DNA of 64,000 nt from Bacillota bacterium. Lineage in GTDB: Bacteria; Bacillota; Limnochordia; JAAZLZ01. This document shows positions 47,738 through 57,431 of this stretch, piece by piece. The position numbers and the translations under genes were made by a program. Numbering within the stretch: the first letter of the stretch is position 1; the number at the start of each line of letters is the position of its first letter. The notes beneath the pieces were generated by a model. That model was not told the DNA's origin and did not search any database. It saw only the letters and a list, made by a program, of their open reading frames with translations. The DNA lies in assembly GCA_012521755.1 (NCBI GenBank), contig JAAYLV010000001.1:2014-66013 (forward strand), read 5' to 3'.

Positions 47738-48939
47738 TGAACCGCGTACTGTCGCGAAGTCCTCGGGTCAACTTTCGTCTACTCCTCATCAGCGCCATTA
47801 TTCTCTTTAGTGCCTTTAGCGTTGTCCGTTCGGTGGTCCATCGCCGGGGCGGGCTCATGATCCGAACTATTAGGGCGGAGGCGGGGGTCTTGGAGATCTC
47901 GCGCCAGCTGGAAGTGCTCGCTATCCGTCGGGAGCAGGTGGTCTTTGCCCCGGGAAGCGGACGGGTGACTTTGCTAATCAAAGAAGGACAGCGGGTGCCC
48001 GCCGGAACCACCGTTGTGGAGATAAGGGATGAAGCGCGGGAGCAGGACATTCAGCCCCGGCTGAGCGAAGCCCGTGAGAAGGTGCGCCGTTTTGACCTGG
48101 AAGCCATGGAAGCTTTGCACCAAATAGATGAAGCCATCACCGAAGTGGAGGTCAAGCTGACCGGCGCACCAAAGGACAAGCGTCCTGCACTGCAACAGGA
48201 AAAGGAAAAGCTCCTCAAGGAAAGGGAGAAGCAAAGCCGGGCAAATGCCCAGCAGCGGCAGGAACTCATGTCCCAAGTAGAGGAATACCTAACCTTGTGG
48301 CAGGAAGTCGTCCACCATGTGAACGCCCCGGCAGCGGGGGTCATTCGCTATGAGATGGATGGATTGGAAGGCATCTTGACGCCCCAGAGGGCCCTTGAGC
48401 TATCCCGTTCCCAAGTGGGCGGGCTCTCGCCGGTGCGGGAAACCCGTCGTAATGACGAAGTAATTAAGGAAGGGGCTCCTCTCTTCAAGCTGATCGACAA
48501 CTACGCCCTCTTCCTCTTAGGCTATCTTGAACCTGAGTCGATGGATTATCGAGCGGGGCAACGGTTGTGGTTTCGCTTGCCTGGCATCAGCGGGGAGCTC
48601 CCCGGTCGGGTTGAAGGCTTAGGGCCTAGAGGGGAATGGCAGGGAGTGCTCTTTCGCATCGATCGCTACTTGCCGGCTTTTGACATGCTGAGGCAGCTGC
48701 GGGCGGAAGTCATCACTGCTAGGCACCAGGGGACCATCCTGCCCAAGAGGGTGCTGCGGACCAGGGGTGGACAAGTGGGTGTTTACGTTCGCACCGTCGA
48801 CGGCCCTGCCTTTCAAACTGTCACTGTCTTGGGGGAGAAGGATGGTCTAGTCTGTGTTGACGGTCTGCCCCGGGGAACTCGGGTTATTAGCGGAGGACTG
48901 TGGCTCAGAGAAGGTATCCGCGTCCCGCGTAGAGAATGA
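47737..48939 (+). CDS. HlyD-family / membrane-fusion-like protein (N-terminal TM, long coiled coil, beta domain)
   Basis: TM at residues about 14-30, biotin-lipoyl-like hairpin (VVFAPGSGRVTLLIKEGQRVPAGTTVVEI), Glu/Lys/Gln-rich coiled coil. Confidence 0.4.
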   Translation: MNRVLSRSPRVNFRLLLISAIILFSAFSVVRSVVHRRGGLMIRTIRAEAGVLEISRQLEVLAIRREQVVFAPGSGRVTLLIKEGQRVPAGTTVVEIRDEAREQDIQPRLSEAREKVRRFDLEAMEALHQIDEAITEVEVKLTGAPKDKRPALQQEKEKLLKEREKQSRANAQQRQELMSQVEEYLTLWQEVVHHVNAPAAGVIRYEMDGLEGILTPQRALELSRSQVGGLSPVRETRRNDEVIKEGAPLFKLIDNYALFLLGYLEPESMDYRAGQRLWFRLPGISGELPGRVEGLGPRGEWQGVLFRIDRYLPAFDMLRQLRAEVITARHQGTILPKRVLRTRGGQVGVYVRTVDGPAFQTVTVLGEKDGLVCVDGLPRGTRVISGGLWLREGIRVPRRE

Positions 48940-49641
48940 ATGGGGGTGAACATTTTGGATGCGATCAAGGCTAATGTGGCCCGGATACGGGATGAAATAG
49001 CTAGAGCGGCCGAGTCGAGCGGCCGGGCTGCGGAAGAGGTGACCCTGGTTGCCGTCAGCAAGACTGTGGAACCGGCTCGCATCCAGGCGGCATTTGAAGC
49101 CGGGATCAGACATTTCGGGGAGAATCGGGTCCAGGAAGCCCAGGAAAAAATCCCGCTGATCCAGGGCCCGGTCACTTGGCACATGGTGGGGCATCTACAG
49201 CGAAATAAGGCAGGACATGCGGTCGAGCTGTTCGATATGATCCAATCGGTGGACACGAAGCGGTTAGCTGAAACAATAAGCCGCAGGGCCCTCCAAGCCG
49301 GCCGCAGGATGGACGTCTTGTTGGAAGTGAACATAGGCGGGGAAGCAAGCAAGATAGGTATACCACCGGAAGAAATAGAAAGCTTTCTGGAGGAGATCAA
49401 GGACCTGCCCGGGATAAGGGTAAGGGGGCTGATGACTATTCCCCCATATGACCCCGATGTGGAGAAGGTCCGTCCCTACTTTCGCCGCATGCATGAATTG
49501 TTCCAACGATTGAAAGATAAGACCTCACCGTCTATGGATCATTTGTCCATGGGGATGAGCAATGATTTTGCCGTGGCGATCGAAGAGGGAGCGACGATGG
49601 TCCGGGTGGGTACCGCGATTTTTGGAGCTAGGGGCCAATAG
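48940..49641 (+). CDS. yggS: YggS family pyridoxal-phosphate homeostasis protein (YlmE)
   Basis: Alanine-racemase-N-like TIM barrel (LVAVSKT, GHLQRNK). Confidence 0.9.
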   Translation: MGVNILDAIKANVARIRDEIARAAESSGRAAEEVTLVAVSKTVEPARIQAAFEAGIRHFGENRVQEAQEKIPLIQGPVTWHMVGHLQRNKAGHAVELFDMIQSVDTKRLAETISRRALQAGRRMDVLLEVNIGGEASKIGIPPEEIESFLEEIKDLPGIRVRGLMTIPPYDPDVEKVRPYFRRMHELFQRLKDKTSPSMDHLSMGMSNDFAVAIEEGATMVRVGTAIFGARGQ

Positions 49642-49652
49642 GAGGGAAGGGT

Positions 49653-50081
49653 ATGGGGTTTTTGGATCGGGTTCTTGGTTTGATGGGCGTCCAGGTGGAG
49701 CACGAGGAAGAACCGGAAGTCGTCCCCCCTGTCCAAGAGGAGAAGCCAAGTCGTTGGCAGCGTAAACGAACACCTGCTCCAGTGGTGAACTTGCCCAGTC
49801 AAAGGCAGCCCATTAGAGTTGTCGTCCTGGAACCCCTTTCGTACGATGAAGTGCAGCAGATTGCCGATCACCTGAAAGGAAGGCGGCCGGTGATTCTCCG
49901 GGTCACCGATTTGGACAGGGACCTAGCCAAACGCATCGTTGACTTTGCTAGCGGGACAATCTATGCCTTGGACGGTTCTGTTCAACAATTGAGTGACGGC
50001 ATTTACCTTTTTGCGCCAAACAATGTCGTCATCGACGCCGATGAGACGAGCCTGAGTCGAGGATTTTTGGACCGGTTATAG
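49653..50081 (+). CDS. sepF: Cell division protein SepF
   Basis: MGFLDRVLGLMG... N-terminal membrane-binding helix and conserved C-terminal domain; ylmF position. Confidence 0.85.
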   Translation: MGFLDRVLGLMGVQVEHEEEPEVVPPVQEEKPSRWQRKRTPAPVVNLPSQRQPIRVVVLEPLSYDEVQQIADHLKGRRPVILRVTDLDRDLAKRIVDFASGTIYALDGSVQQLSDGIYLFAPNNVVIDADETSLSRGFLDRL

Positions 50082-50097
50082 GCTGGGGGGCTTGAGC

Positions 50098-50916
50098 ATG
50101 GCGACGGGAAAGGAACGTTTGGGGATTATCGGCGTCGGAGCCATGGGCTCCGCCTTGTTGACGGGGATCCTCCGGCAAGGCCTGTTTGCCCCAGACAGAG
50201 TCATCATTAGCGATTTGGATGGGAACCGTTCGGCGCAGGCGGCGGAGGGCGCGAAGGTCCGGGCTGCATCCTCCAACTTGGAGGTGGCGGACAATGCCGA
50301 TGTGCTTCTGCTGGCCGTGAAGCCGCAGGTTGTGGGCCCCGTCTTGGAGGAAATCGGCCAACGGCTAAGTTGCCAACAGCTGCTGCTTTCGATTGCGGCC
50401 GGCGTGGAGTTGGCTTTTATCGAAAGCCGCATATCCGCCTGTGTGCCCGTGATCCGCGCGATGCCGAATACCCCTTGTCTTGTGGGCCGAGGGGCCATCG
50501 CTTTAAGTCCGGGCAAGCACGTTGACAATGACGCCCTCGAGCTTGGTCGACAGATTTTTGCCGCGGTGGGGGAGGTCGTCGTCGTCGATGAACCATTGAT
50601 GGATGCGGTGACGGGCCTTAGCGGCAGCGGCCCTGCCTTTGTCTTGACCGTCATTGAGGCCCTCACCGATGGCGGCGTTGCCGCGGGACTGCCCCGGTCA
50701 ACTGCTTACCGACTGGCCCTCGAGACCGTGCTGGGAACGGCGGTCATGGCCGCGGAAACTGGGGAGCATCCAGCGAGACTACGGGATATGGTGACCTCCC
50801 CCGGTGGTACAACCATTACCGGGATGCGAGTCCTTGAGGAAAAGGGCGTTCGCAGCGCTTTCATTGAAGCGGTCCTGCGCGCCGCGGAACGGTCTTGCCG
50901 GCTGGGCAAGAGGTAA
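50098..50916 (+). CDS. proC: Pyrroline-5-carboxylate reductase
   Basis: GIIGVGAMGSAL Rossmann motif and P5CR C-terminal signature (SPGGTTI). Confidence 0.9.
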   Translation: MATGKERLGIIGVGAMGSALLTGILRQGLFAPDRVIISDLDGNRSAQAAEGAKVRAASSNLEVADNADVLLLAVKPQVVGPVLEEIGQRLSCQQLLLSIAAGVELAFIESRISACVPVIRAMPNTPCLVGRGAIALSPGKHVDNDALELGRQIFAAVGEVVVVDEPLMDAVTGLSGSGPAFVLTVIEALTDGGVAAGLPRSTAYRLALETVLGTAVMAAETGEHPARLRDMVTSPGGTTITGMRVLEEKGVRSAFIEAVLRAAERSCRLGKR

Positions 50917-50931
50917 AGGAGGCTGCTCCCG

Positions 50932-51201
50932 TTGTATATCATGATTTATTTGGTGCGAACGGCTTTCTCAATCTACCGCTGGCTCCTGCTGGCTCGGGTC
51001 CTCATCTCCTGGGTGAACCCCAATCCCTATCATCCGGCCGTTAGGGTAGTCTATGACTTGACTGAACCTGTCCTCCAGCCTTGTCGCGGCTTGCTCCCCA
51101 CTTATCACTATGGGATTGACTTTTCGCCGATGATCGCTCTTCTTGGTTTAGGAATCCTAGAGCGGTTGGTCATCGGCATCGTCTACGGCATCCTTTATTA
51201 A
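50932..51201 (+). CDS. YggT family membrane protein (YlmG)
   Basis: 89 aa, two TM; conserved position. Confidence 0.8.
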   Translation: MYIMIYLVRTAFSIYRWLLLARVLISWVNPNPYHPAVRVVYDLTEPVLQPCRGLLPTYHYGIDFSPMIALLGLGILERLVIGIVYGILY

Positions 51202-51215
51202 GTTATTGGGGGAGG

Positions 51216-52007
51216 GTGCACTTGTTTGATCGGGAACGCCTGCTTGAGCCTTTCGTCGGGGAAGACCGGGAGATTGCCGCGCGCATCCTTGATTTGGCTG
51301 AGCAGGCTTATAGGTATAACCGACCGGAGCACGGCGATTTCTTAGATCCCCACGGGCAGAAGGTAGCCTTGGAGATTGTCCGCTGGCTTAAAGGCTTTAT
51401 CTTCCGCCTCAATGGGGGCTACAAAGCTGCCGAGCGAAAGCGGCTCAGTCTGCTTCCCGACTATTTCTTTGCCGACGATATCGAACCGCCTGTAGTCGCC
51501 TTGCAGGCAGAAGGAGATTTCCGGTTTACCAAGATAAGCCACCGGGATGTGTTGGGCCGCCTGATGGGTTTGGGGCTGCGCCGCGAGAAGGTTGGCGATA
51601 TCCTGCCAATGGAAGGAGGCTGCCAGATCCTGTTGGCGGCCGAAATCGCTGACTTTGTGAAAGATAACTTGGCCAGGATCAGGGGCGTGCCCGTTGCGGT
51701 AAGACCGATTGAGCTGGAGCAGTTGGCGGTCGAGCCAGAAGAAGTGAAGCCCATTCGTGCTACGGTCGCTTCCCTAAGGCTGGACGCGGTGGCAGCAGCC
51801 GGGTATGGACTGTCCCGCAGCAAGATGGCTGGCGAGATTAAAGCCCAGAAGGTCAGGGTGAACTGGCAGCCGGTGTCAAACCCTGCGTTCCCGGTGAAGA
51901 AGGGCGATGTCCTGTCCATACGGGGCAGAGGGCGAGTTGTCATCGAGGATATCCTGGGGACGACCAGGAAAGGGCGTCAAAGCATTCTCCTGGTGCGCTA
52001 TCGATGA
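51216..52007 (+). CDS. ylmH: YlmH-like RNA-binding protein (S4 domain)
   Basis: C-terminal S4 domain; upstream of divIVA. Confidence 0.75.
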   Translation: MHLFDRERLLEPFVGEDREIAARILDLAEQAYRYNRPEHGDFLDPHGQKVALEIVRWLKGFIFRLNGGYKAAERKRLSLLPDYFFADDIEPPVVALQAEGDFRFTKISHRDVLGRLMGLGLRREKVGDILPMEGGCQILLAAEIADFVKDNLARIRGVPVAVRPIELEQLAVEPEEVKPIRATVASLRLDAVAAAGYGLSRSKMAGEIKAQKVRVNWQPVSNPAFPVKKGDVLSIRGRGRVVIEDILGTTRKGRQSILLVRYR

Positions 52008-52020
52008 AGGAGGTAGGGAC

Positions 52021-52527
52021 GTGCTGACACCACGGGACATCCACGAAGCCGAGTTTAAAGTGGTATGGAGAGGTTATTCCCCACAAGAGGTGGATGAGTT
52101 TCTAGGTAAACTAGTCCAGAAGTATGAGGAGCTTTGTCAAGAAAACGAGAGTCTAAAAGAAAGCTTGAAAGAACTACAGACGCGACTTGGTGAGTACTCG
52201 CGGATGGAGCTGACCATCGTCGATACCCTCGAAACGGCCAAACAAACCGCGGAGAACCTGAAGGCAGTTGCCGAGCGGGAAAGGGAAGCCATCTTGGAGG
52301 AGGCCCGCATCAGGGCAGAGACCATCCTCCAACGGGCACGGGAGAGGGCACAAGAATCCCTTGCCCGTCTAGAGGAGCTGCAACGGGAGGGAGAGTCCTT
52401 CCGGTTTAGGTTCCGGGCTCTTTTAGAACAGTATCTGGCTATGCTCGAGGACAGCGGTATTGGTCAGGAGCAACTCACCAAAGCCTTGTCGGAGACAGAA
52501 GTGGCTAGCGCCGAAGAGGAGCAATAA
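52021..52527 (+). CDS. divIVA: Cell division / polarity protein DivIVA (GTG start after AGGAGG; longest ORF from 51907)
   Basis: LTPRDIHEAEFKVVWRGYSPQEVDEFL N-terminal lipid-binding motif, then coiled coil. Confidence 0.85.
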   Translation: MLTPRDIHEAEFKVVWRGYSPQEVDEFLGKLVQKYEELCQENESLKESLKELQTRLGEYSRMELTIVDTLETAKQTAENLKAVAEREREAILEEARIRAETILQRARERAQESLARLEELQREGESFRFRFRALLEQYLAMLEDSGIGQEQLTKALSETEVASAEEEQ

Positions 52528-52584
52528 CCCTTCAGGGAGTCTCTTGATTTTTGGTCGCTAGTTGGTTATAATACACGCAAATAG

Positions 52585-52828
52585 AGGCAAAGGCGATGAA
52601 AAGGAGAGTAGTCTTAGGTTTGGCTGCAGCGAGCCGGGGAGGGTGGAAGCCCGGTGGGAAAGCCTAGGATGAAGATCACCTTGGAGCTGCGGTCTGAAGT
52701 GTCGCGGACATGGGTAAGATCCGTCGGTTGCGGCCGTTATCCGCTTAAGAGCGCACACAACTGTGTGCAGCGGGGTGGTACCGCGGGAGTCACTCTCTCG
52801 TCCCGGAAGGGGCGGGATTTTTTTATGG
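52585..52828 (+). promoter_or_regulatory. T-box riboswitch leader (Ile specifier AUC at 52675-52677) with intrinsic terminator, upstream of ileS
   Basis: Promoter TTGGTTATAATAC. Stem I GA motif gcgatgaaaaggagagtag, specifier gaagAUCAcc, T-box sequence cagcGGGGTGGTACCGCGggag, terminator cccggaaggggcggg followed by attttttt. Confidence 0.8.
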
Positions 52829-52849
52829 GGACTTGAAGGAGGAGGAGTC

Positions 52850-55600
52850 ATGGATTACAGCCAGACTTTGCAATTGCCCAAGACAGATTTTCCGATGCGG
52901 GCTAATCTCCCAAAGAGGGAGCCTGAGATCCAGGAATTCTGGAAGAAGAACGATATTTATGCCAAGTTACAGGAACGGGGCAAGGCAGAAGGAAGGCCTC
53001 GCTTCGTCTTGCATGATGGCCCCCCGTACGCCAATGGCCATATCCATATCGGCACCGGAATGAACAAAGTGCTCAAGGATATCGTGGTCCGGTCCCGGAC
53101 GATGGACGGACACTGGGCCCCCTATGTGCCCGGCTGGGATACCCACGGATTGCCCATCGAGCAGCAGGTCATCAAGAACCTCAAACTAGATCGACACCAG
53201 ATGGACGTCCTTGATTTTCGCCGCCAGTGCCGTGAGTACGCCTTGAAATTTGTTGATATTCAGCGGGAGGAGTTCATCAGGTTGGGAGTTTGGGGCGACT
53301 GGTCGAACCCATACCTGACCCTCACCCCAGCCTACGAGGCGAAGCAGATTGAAGTCTTCGGCCAGATGGCGGCCAAAGGCTACATTTACAAGGGGCTTAA
53401 GCCAGTTTATTGGTGTGCCGACTGTGAGACCGCCTTGGCCGAGGCGGAGATCGAATACAGGGACAAGGATTCCCATTCAATTTATGTCGCCTTTCCCGTT
53501 AAAGACGATAAAGGCATGGGCCTTGCGGGCCGCCAGGTGCTAATCTGGACGACGACGCCGTGGACCATCCCGGCGAACATGGCTATCGCCCTCCACCCTG
53601 ATTTTGAGTATACGCTGCTGTCAACCCCGCAGGGAGAGATGTTGGTGGCTAAGGAATTGGTCCAGCATGTGGCTGAGGAATTGGCGTTGGGGGAGGTTGT
53701 CACGAATGGCAGCTGGCATGGCCGCGACTTGGAGGGCGTGGTAACTAAACACCCCCTCATTGATCGGGACTCTCCCCTCATCTTGGCCGAACATGTCACT
53801 TTGGAACAAGGAACTGGTTGTGTCCATACAGCTCCTGGTCACGGGTTGGAGGACTATGAAGTGGGAGTGCGCTATGGGCTTGAGGTCTTTGCTCCGGTGG
53901 ACAGCAAGGGCGTCTTCACCGCGGACGCTGGACGCTATGCGGGCATGAAGCTAGAGATGGCCAACAAAGAGATCATCGCGGACTTGGAAAAGGCTGGCCG
54001 GCTCTTGGGGGCAGGAGGGATAACCCACCAGTATGCCCATTGTTGGCGATGCAAGCAGCCCGTCGTTTTCCGGGCGACGGAGCAGTGGTTTGCTTCCGTG
54101 GAAGGTTTTCGGGAAGAGGCCTTGGAAGCAATCGGCCGCGTTCAGTGGGTGCCCAGCTGGGGCATGGACCGAATCGCCAACATGGTCCGGCTGCGGAACG
54201 ACTGGTGCATCTCCCGCCAGCGGGTCTGGGGGGTTCCCATTCCCATCTTCTACTGTGAAGACTGTGGCGAGTTCATCCTCAATGAGGAGACCATTGCCTC
54301 CGTTGCGGCCATCGTCGGTCGGGAAGGGTCCGATGCTTGGTTCGCCCGCTCCGCGGAGGAGCTCTTGCCCGACGGCTATCGGTGTCCCCACTGCCAAGGA
54401 AGCAGGTTTGCCAAGGAAACGGACACCATGGACGTATGGTTTGACTCGGGCACCAGCCATGTAGGTGTTCTCACCCAAAGGGAAGAATTGACTTGGCCTG
54501 CCGACCTGTATCTTGAGGGTTCCGACCAACACCGGGGTTGGTTCCAGTCTTCCTTGTTGACTTCTGTCGCCACTCGCGGGGAGCCCCCCTACAGAGCCGT
54601 CTTAACCCACGGCTTCATCGTTGATGCTGAGGGAAGGAAAATGTCGAAATCCTTGGGGAACGTCATTGCCCCGACGGAAGTGATCAACAAGTATGGGGCA
54701 GATGTGTTTCGCCTTTGGGCCGCCTCTTCCGACTACCGAAACGATGTGCGAGTCTCCGAGGACATCCTGCGGCAAGTCTCCGAAGCTTATCGGCGCATCC
54801 GCAATACATGCCGGTTCATCCTCGGCAATCTCAGCGATTTTCAACGGGAGGATATTCCCCTCGACAAGATGCCCGAGATCGATCGCTGGGCTTTGCACCG
54901 GCTGCAGGAGCTCATCAAGCGGACGGTCCAAGCTTACCGGGACTACGATTTTCACCTGGTCTATCATGCCCTGTACAATTTCTGTACAGTGGACATGAGT
55001 TCGTTCTACTTGGATGTCCTCAAGGATCGACTGTACTGTGATGCTCCCTCTTCCTTGTCGAGGCGATCGGCCCAGCAGACCATTTACCAAATCTTGAGGA
55101 CCCTAGTCCTCTTGATGGCGCCCATCCTGGTCCACACTGCTGAGGAAGTATGGCAGCATCTTCCTGAGGAGGAGCCCAGCGTCCATCTAGTCCAGTGGCC
55201 AAAACCGGATCCTCGGCTGTTGGACGAGGAGCTGGCTGCACGCTGGAGCGTCCTCATGGATGTGAGGAGAGAAGTAGCCAAGGCTTTGGAGCAGAGTCGG
55301 GTTGAGAAGCTGATTGGCAGCTCCAACGAGGGAGCTGTGGATGTTTACGCCAACGAAGAGATAATCAGCTGTTTAAGTCCCCTCCAGGAGGAGCTGGCTG
55401 GGTTGTTCATCGTCTCCGAGGTTAAGCTTCATCCCCTCGCGGAAGCTCCAGCCGATGCTCTCCGTTCAGACAAAGGGGATCTGGCGGTGAAGGTGATTAA
55501 GGCGCCAGGTCAAAAATGTCCGCGCTGCTGGCGCTACTACGCGGAGCTGGTGGAAGAGACCCTTTGCACGCGGTGCGCAGAGGTCTTGGCAACAAAGTAG
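52850..55600 (+). CDS. ileS: Isoleucine--tRNA ligase
   Basis: HIGH motif PPYANGHIHIGT, KMSKS motif, C-terminal zinc finger CPRCWRY...CTRC. ATG after GGAGGAGGAG. Confidence 0.95.
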   Translation: MDYSQTLQLPKTDFPMRANLPKREPEIQEFWKKNDIYAKLQERGKAEGRPRFVLHDGPPYANGHIHIGTGMNKVLKDIVVRSRTMDGHWAPYVPGWDTHGLPIEQQVIKNLKLDRHQMDVLDFRRQCREYALKFVDIQREEFIRLGVWGDWSNPYLTLTPAYEAKQIEVFGQMAAKGYIYKGLKPVYWCADCETALAEAEIEYRDKDSHSIYVAFPVKDDKGMGLAGRQVLIWTTTPWTIPANMAIALHPDFEYTLLSTPQGEMLVAKELVQHVAEELALGEVVTNGSWHGRDLEGVVTKHPLIDRDSPLILAEHVTLEQGTGCVHTAPGHGLEDYEVGVRYGLEVFAPVDSKGVFTADAGRYAGMKLEMANKEIIADLEKAGRLLGAGGITHQYAHCWRCKQPVVFRATEQWFASVEGFREEALEAIGRVQWVPSWGMDRIANMVRLRNDWCISRQRVWGVPIPIFYCEDCGEFILNEETIASVAAIVGREGSDAWFARSAEELLPDGYRCPHCQGSRFAKETDTMDVWFDSGTSHVGVLTQREELTWPADLYLEGSDQHRGWFQSSLLTSVATRGEPPYRAVLTHGFIVDAEGRKMSKSLGNVIAPTEVINKYGADVFRLWAASSDYRNDVRVSEDILRQVSEAYRRIRNTCRFILGNLSDFQREDIPLDKMPEIDRWALHRLQELIKRTVQAYRDYDFHLVYHALYNFCTVDMSSFYLDVLKDRLYCDAPSSLSRRSAQQTIYQILRTLVLLMAPILVHTAEEVWQHLPEEEPSVHLVQWPKPDPRLLDEELAARWSVLMDVRREVAKALEQSRVEKLIGSSNEGAVDVYANEEIISCLSPLQEELAGLFIVSEVKLHPLAEAPADALRSDKGDLAVKVIKAPGQKCPRCWRYYAELVEETLCTRCAEVLATK

Positions 55601-55602
55601 TT

Positions 55603-55640
55603 GGGGGAGACGCCGCCTGCAGGCGGCGTCTTGCTTATCT
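55603..55640. terminator. Bidirectional rho-independent terminator between ileS (+) and dctM (-)
   Basis: gacgccgcctgcaggcggcgtc followed by ttgcttatc. Confidence 0.6.
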
Positions 55641-56927
55641 ATACACCAGCCTGGGCAGAAAAAGGACCAATCCAGGGAACAGGGTGATCAATATCAGAAC
55701 GGCTAGCAAAGGCACATAGAACGGAAGAATTGCCTTGACTACTTGCTCAAAGGGAAGGTCCGCCACCCGGCATACCGCGTACAGACACATCCCCACCGGG
55801 GGAGTCAACAGCCCAATCATCAAGTTGAGTACCATCACTAAACCGAAATGGACGGGGTCAATGCCCACCTGGGAGCACAAAGGGACAAGGATAGGTGTTA
55901 GGATGGTGATGGCAGCTAGGCTTTCCATAAAACATCCCACCACGAGGAAAAAGAGATTGAGGACCAGCAGAATAGTCAAGGGATTGTTGGAAACGGCGAA
56001 GACTTTTTCCGCAAGGATAATTGGGATGCGCAACCGAATCAGAACCCAAGCGTAGAGGGCCGCACAGGCGATGATGAACAGAATCATGGCCGAATCTCGC
56101 AAGGTCTCGACCATGATCTGCTGTAACCCCGCCCAAGATATCTCCCGGTAGAGGAAGACGCTAATAATCAAGGCATACAGGACGCACACGGCCGCCGCTT
56201 CCGTAGGAGTGAAAATGCCTGAGAAAATGCCACCGATCAGGATCCCGGGGGTTACCAAGGCTGGGAAGGCATCGAAAAAGCTACGCACTACTTCTCCCAG
56301 TCTAGGGCGGGGATGGACAGGATACTCTTTCGTCCTGGCTGTCCAGAAGATGAGGAGCATCAGGCTGATTCCGATCATTAGCCCGGGGATGATCCCGCCA
56401 ATGAGCAAAGCGCCGATGGAAACCTCACCCATCACTCCAAAGATGACTAGGGGGATGCTGGGGGGGATTATTGGACCAATGATGGAAGAGGCCGCAGTAA
56501 TTGCTGCGCTGAATTCCCGATCATAACCTGCATCCAGCATGGCTTTCACTTCGATGGTCCCAAGGCCTGCTGCATCGGCTACCGCGGAGCCGCTCATTCC
56601 TGCAAAGATGATGCTGGCCAAAACGTTTACATGGCCAAGCCCCCCCCGGCCACCAACCAGCTATCTTCGAGGCAAACTGGAAAATCCTTTCGGTGATCCC
56701 GCCGGTGTTCATCAGTTTTCCCGCCAACAGAAAAAAGGGGATGGCGAGAATGGGAAAACTGTTGACCCCGTACATCATTCGCTGGGCAAGAACGGCATAG
56801 GGCAGAGTGAGGATGCCTCGCTGGAGGGCCATGACGGCAATTGCGGTCAAACCGATGGATAAGGCGATGGGGAGGCCGATGGCAATGAGGAGGAGCAGCA
56901 AGCCTCCAAAAAGCATCAGTTCCATGG
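55635..56927 (-). pseudogene. dctM: TRAP transporter large permease DctM (locus 2) disrupted by a +1 frameshift in a G8 homopolymer (C8 on the + strand at 56640-56647)
   Basis: The N-terminal 95 aa (MELMLFGG...IAGWWPGG) and C-terminal 328 aa (MASIIFAGMSGSAVADAAG...) are each good DctM sequence in adjacent frames. Removing one G restores WPGGLGHVNVLASIIFAGMSGS, colinear with the other two DctM copies. Confidence 0.7.
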
Positions 56928-57401
56928 CGGGACCTCCTTTCCGGTTTTGGCGGGGGACAGTATCCCTTTCACATCGACCAGAGCCTTGATGGCGATGAAC
57001 AGGCTGCAGAAGGCCAGTGGAACGTAAAAGACGGCCATACTGAGTTTGGGCATCGAGGCGGCCGAATAGGGCCAAGCCACCTTCATGCTGGCAACGGTGC
57101 CGAGAAAGACGCAGATGGCAAAGAGAAGGGATAGGATTGCCCTGACAAGGGCTAGGATGAGATTGCTCCTGGGGCCCATCTTGGCCATGACCCAGTCGAT
57201 GCGCAGATGGCTGTCATCTGCCTGAACTGCCGCCGCTCCGATGAAAGTGATCCAGACCAACAAAAACCGCGCAAGCTCCTCCGTCCAAGGAACGGGGATC
57301 CGAAGTGCATAACGGAAGAGAACTTGGGCAAGGACAATGAATACAAGACCAGCCAGCAGGAAAGCGCCGATCCCCTCAAGCCGTTTCTTCACAGCCCTCA
57401 C
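56916..57401 (-). CDS. dctQ: TRAP transporter small permease (DctQ), locus 2
   Basis: 161 aa, 4 TM. Confidence 0.75.
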   Translation of the reverse strand: MRAVKKRLEGIGAFLLAGLVFIVLAQVLFRYALRIPVPWTEELARFLLVWITFIGAAAVQADDSHLRIDWVMAKMGPRSNLILALVRAILSLLFAICVFLGTVASMKVAWPYSAASMPKLSMAVFYVPLAFCSLFIAIKALVDVKGILSPAKTGKEVPPWN

Positions 57402-57431
57402 TCCTCCACAGGAAGGGGCGGCGGCCCGCCC

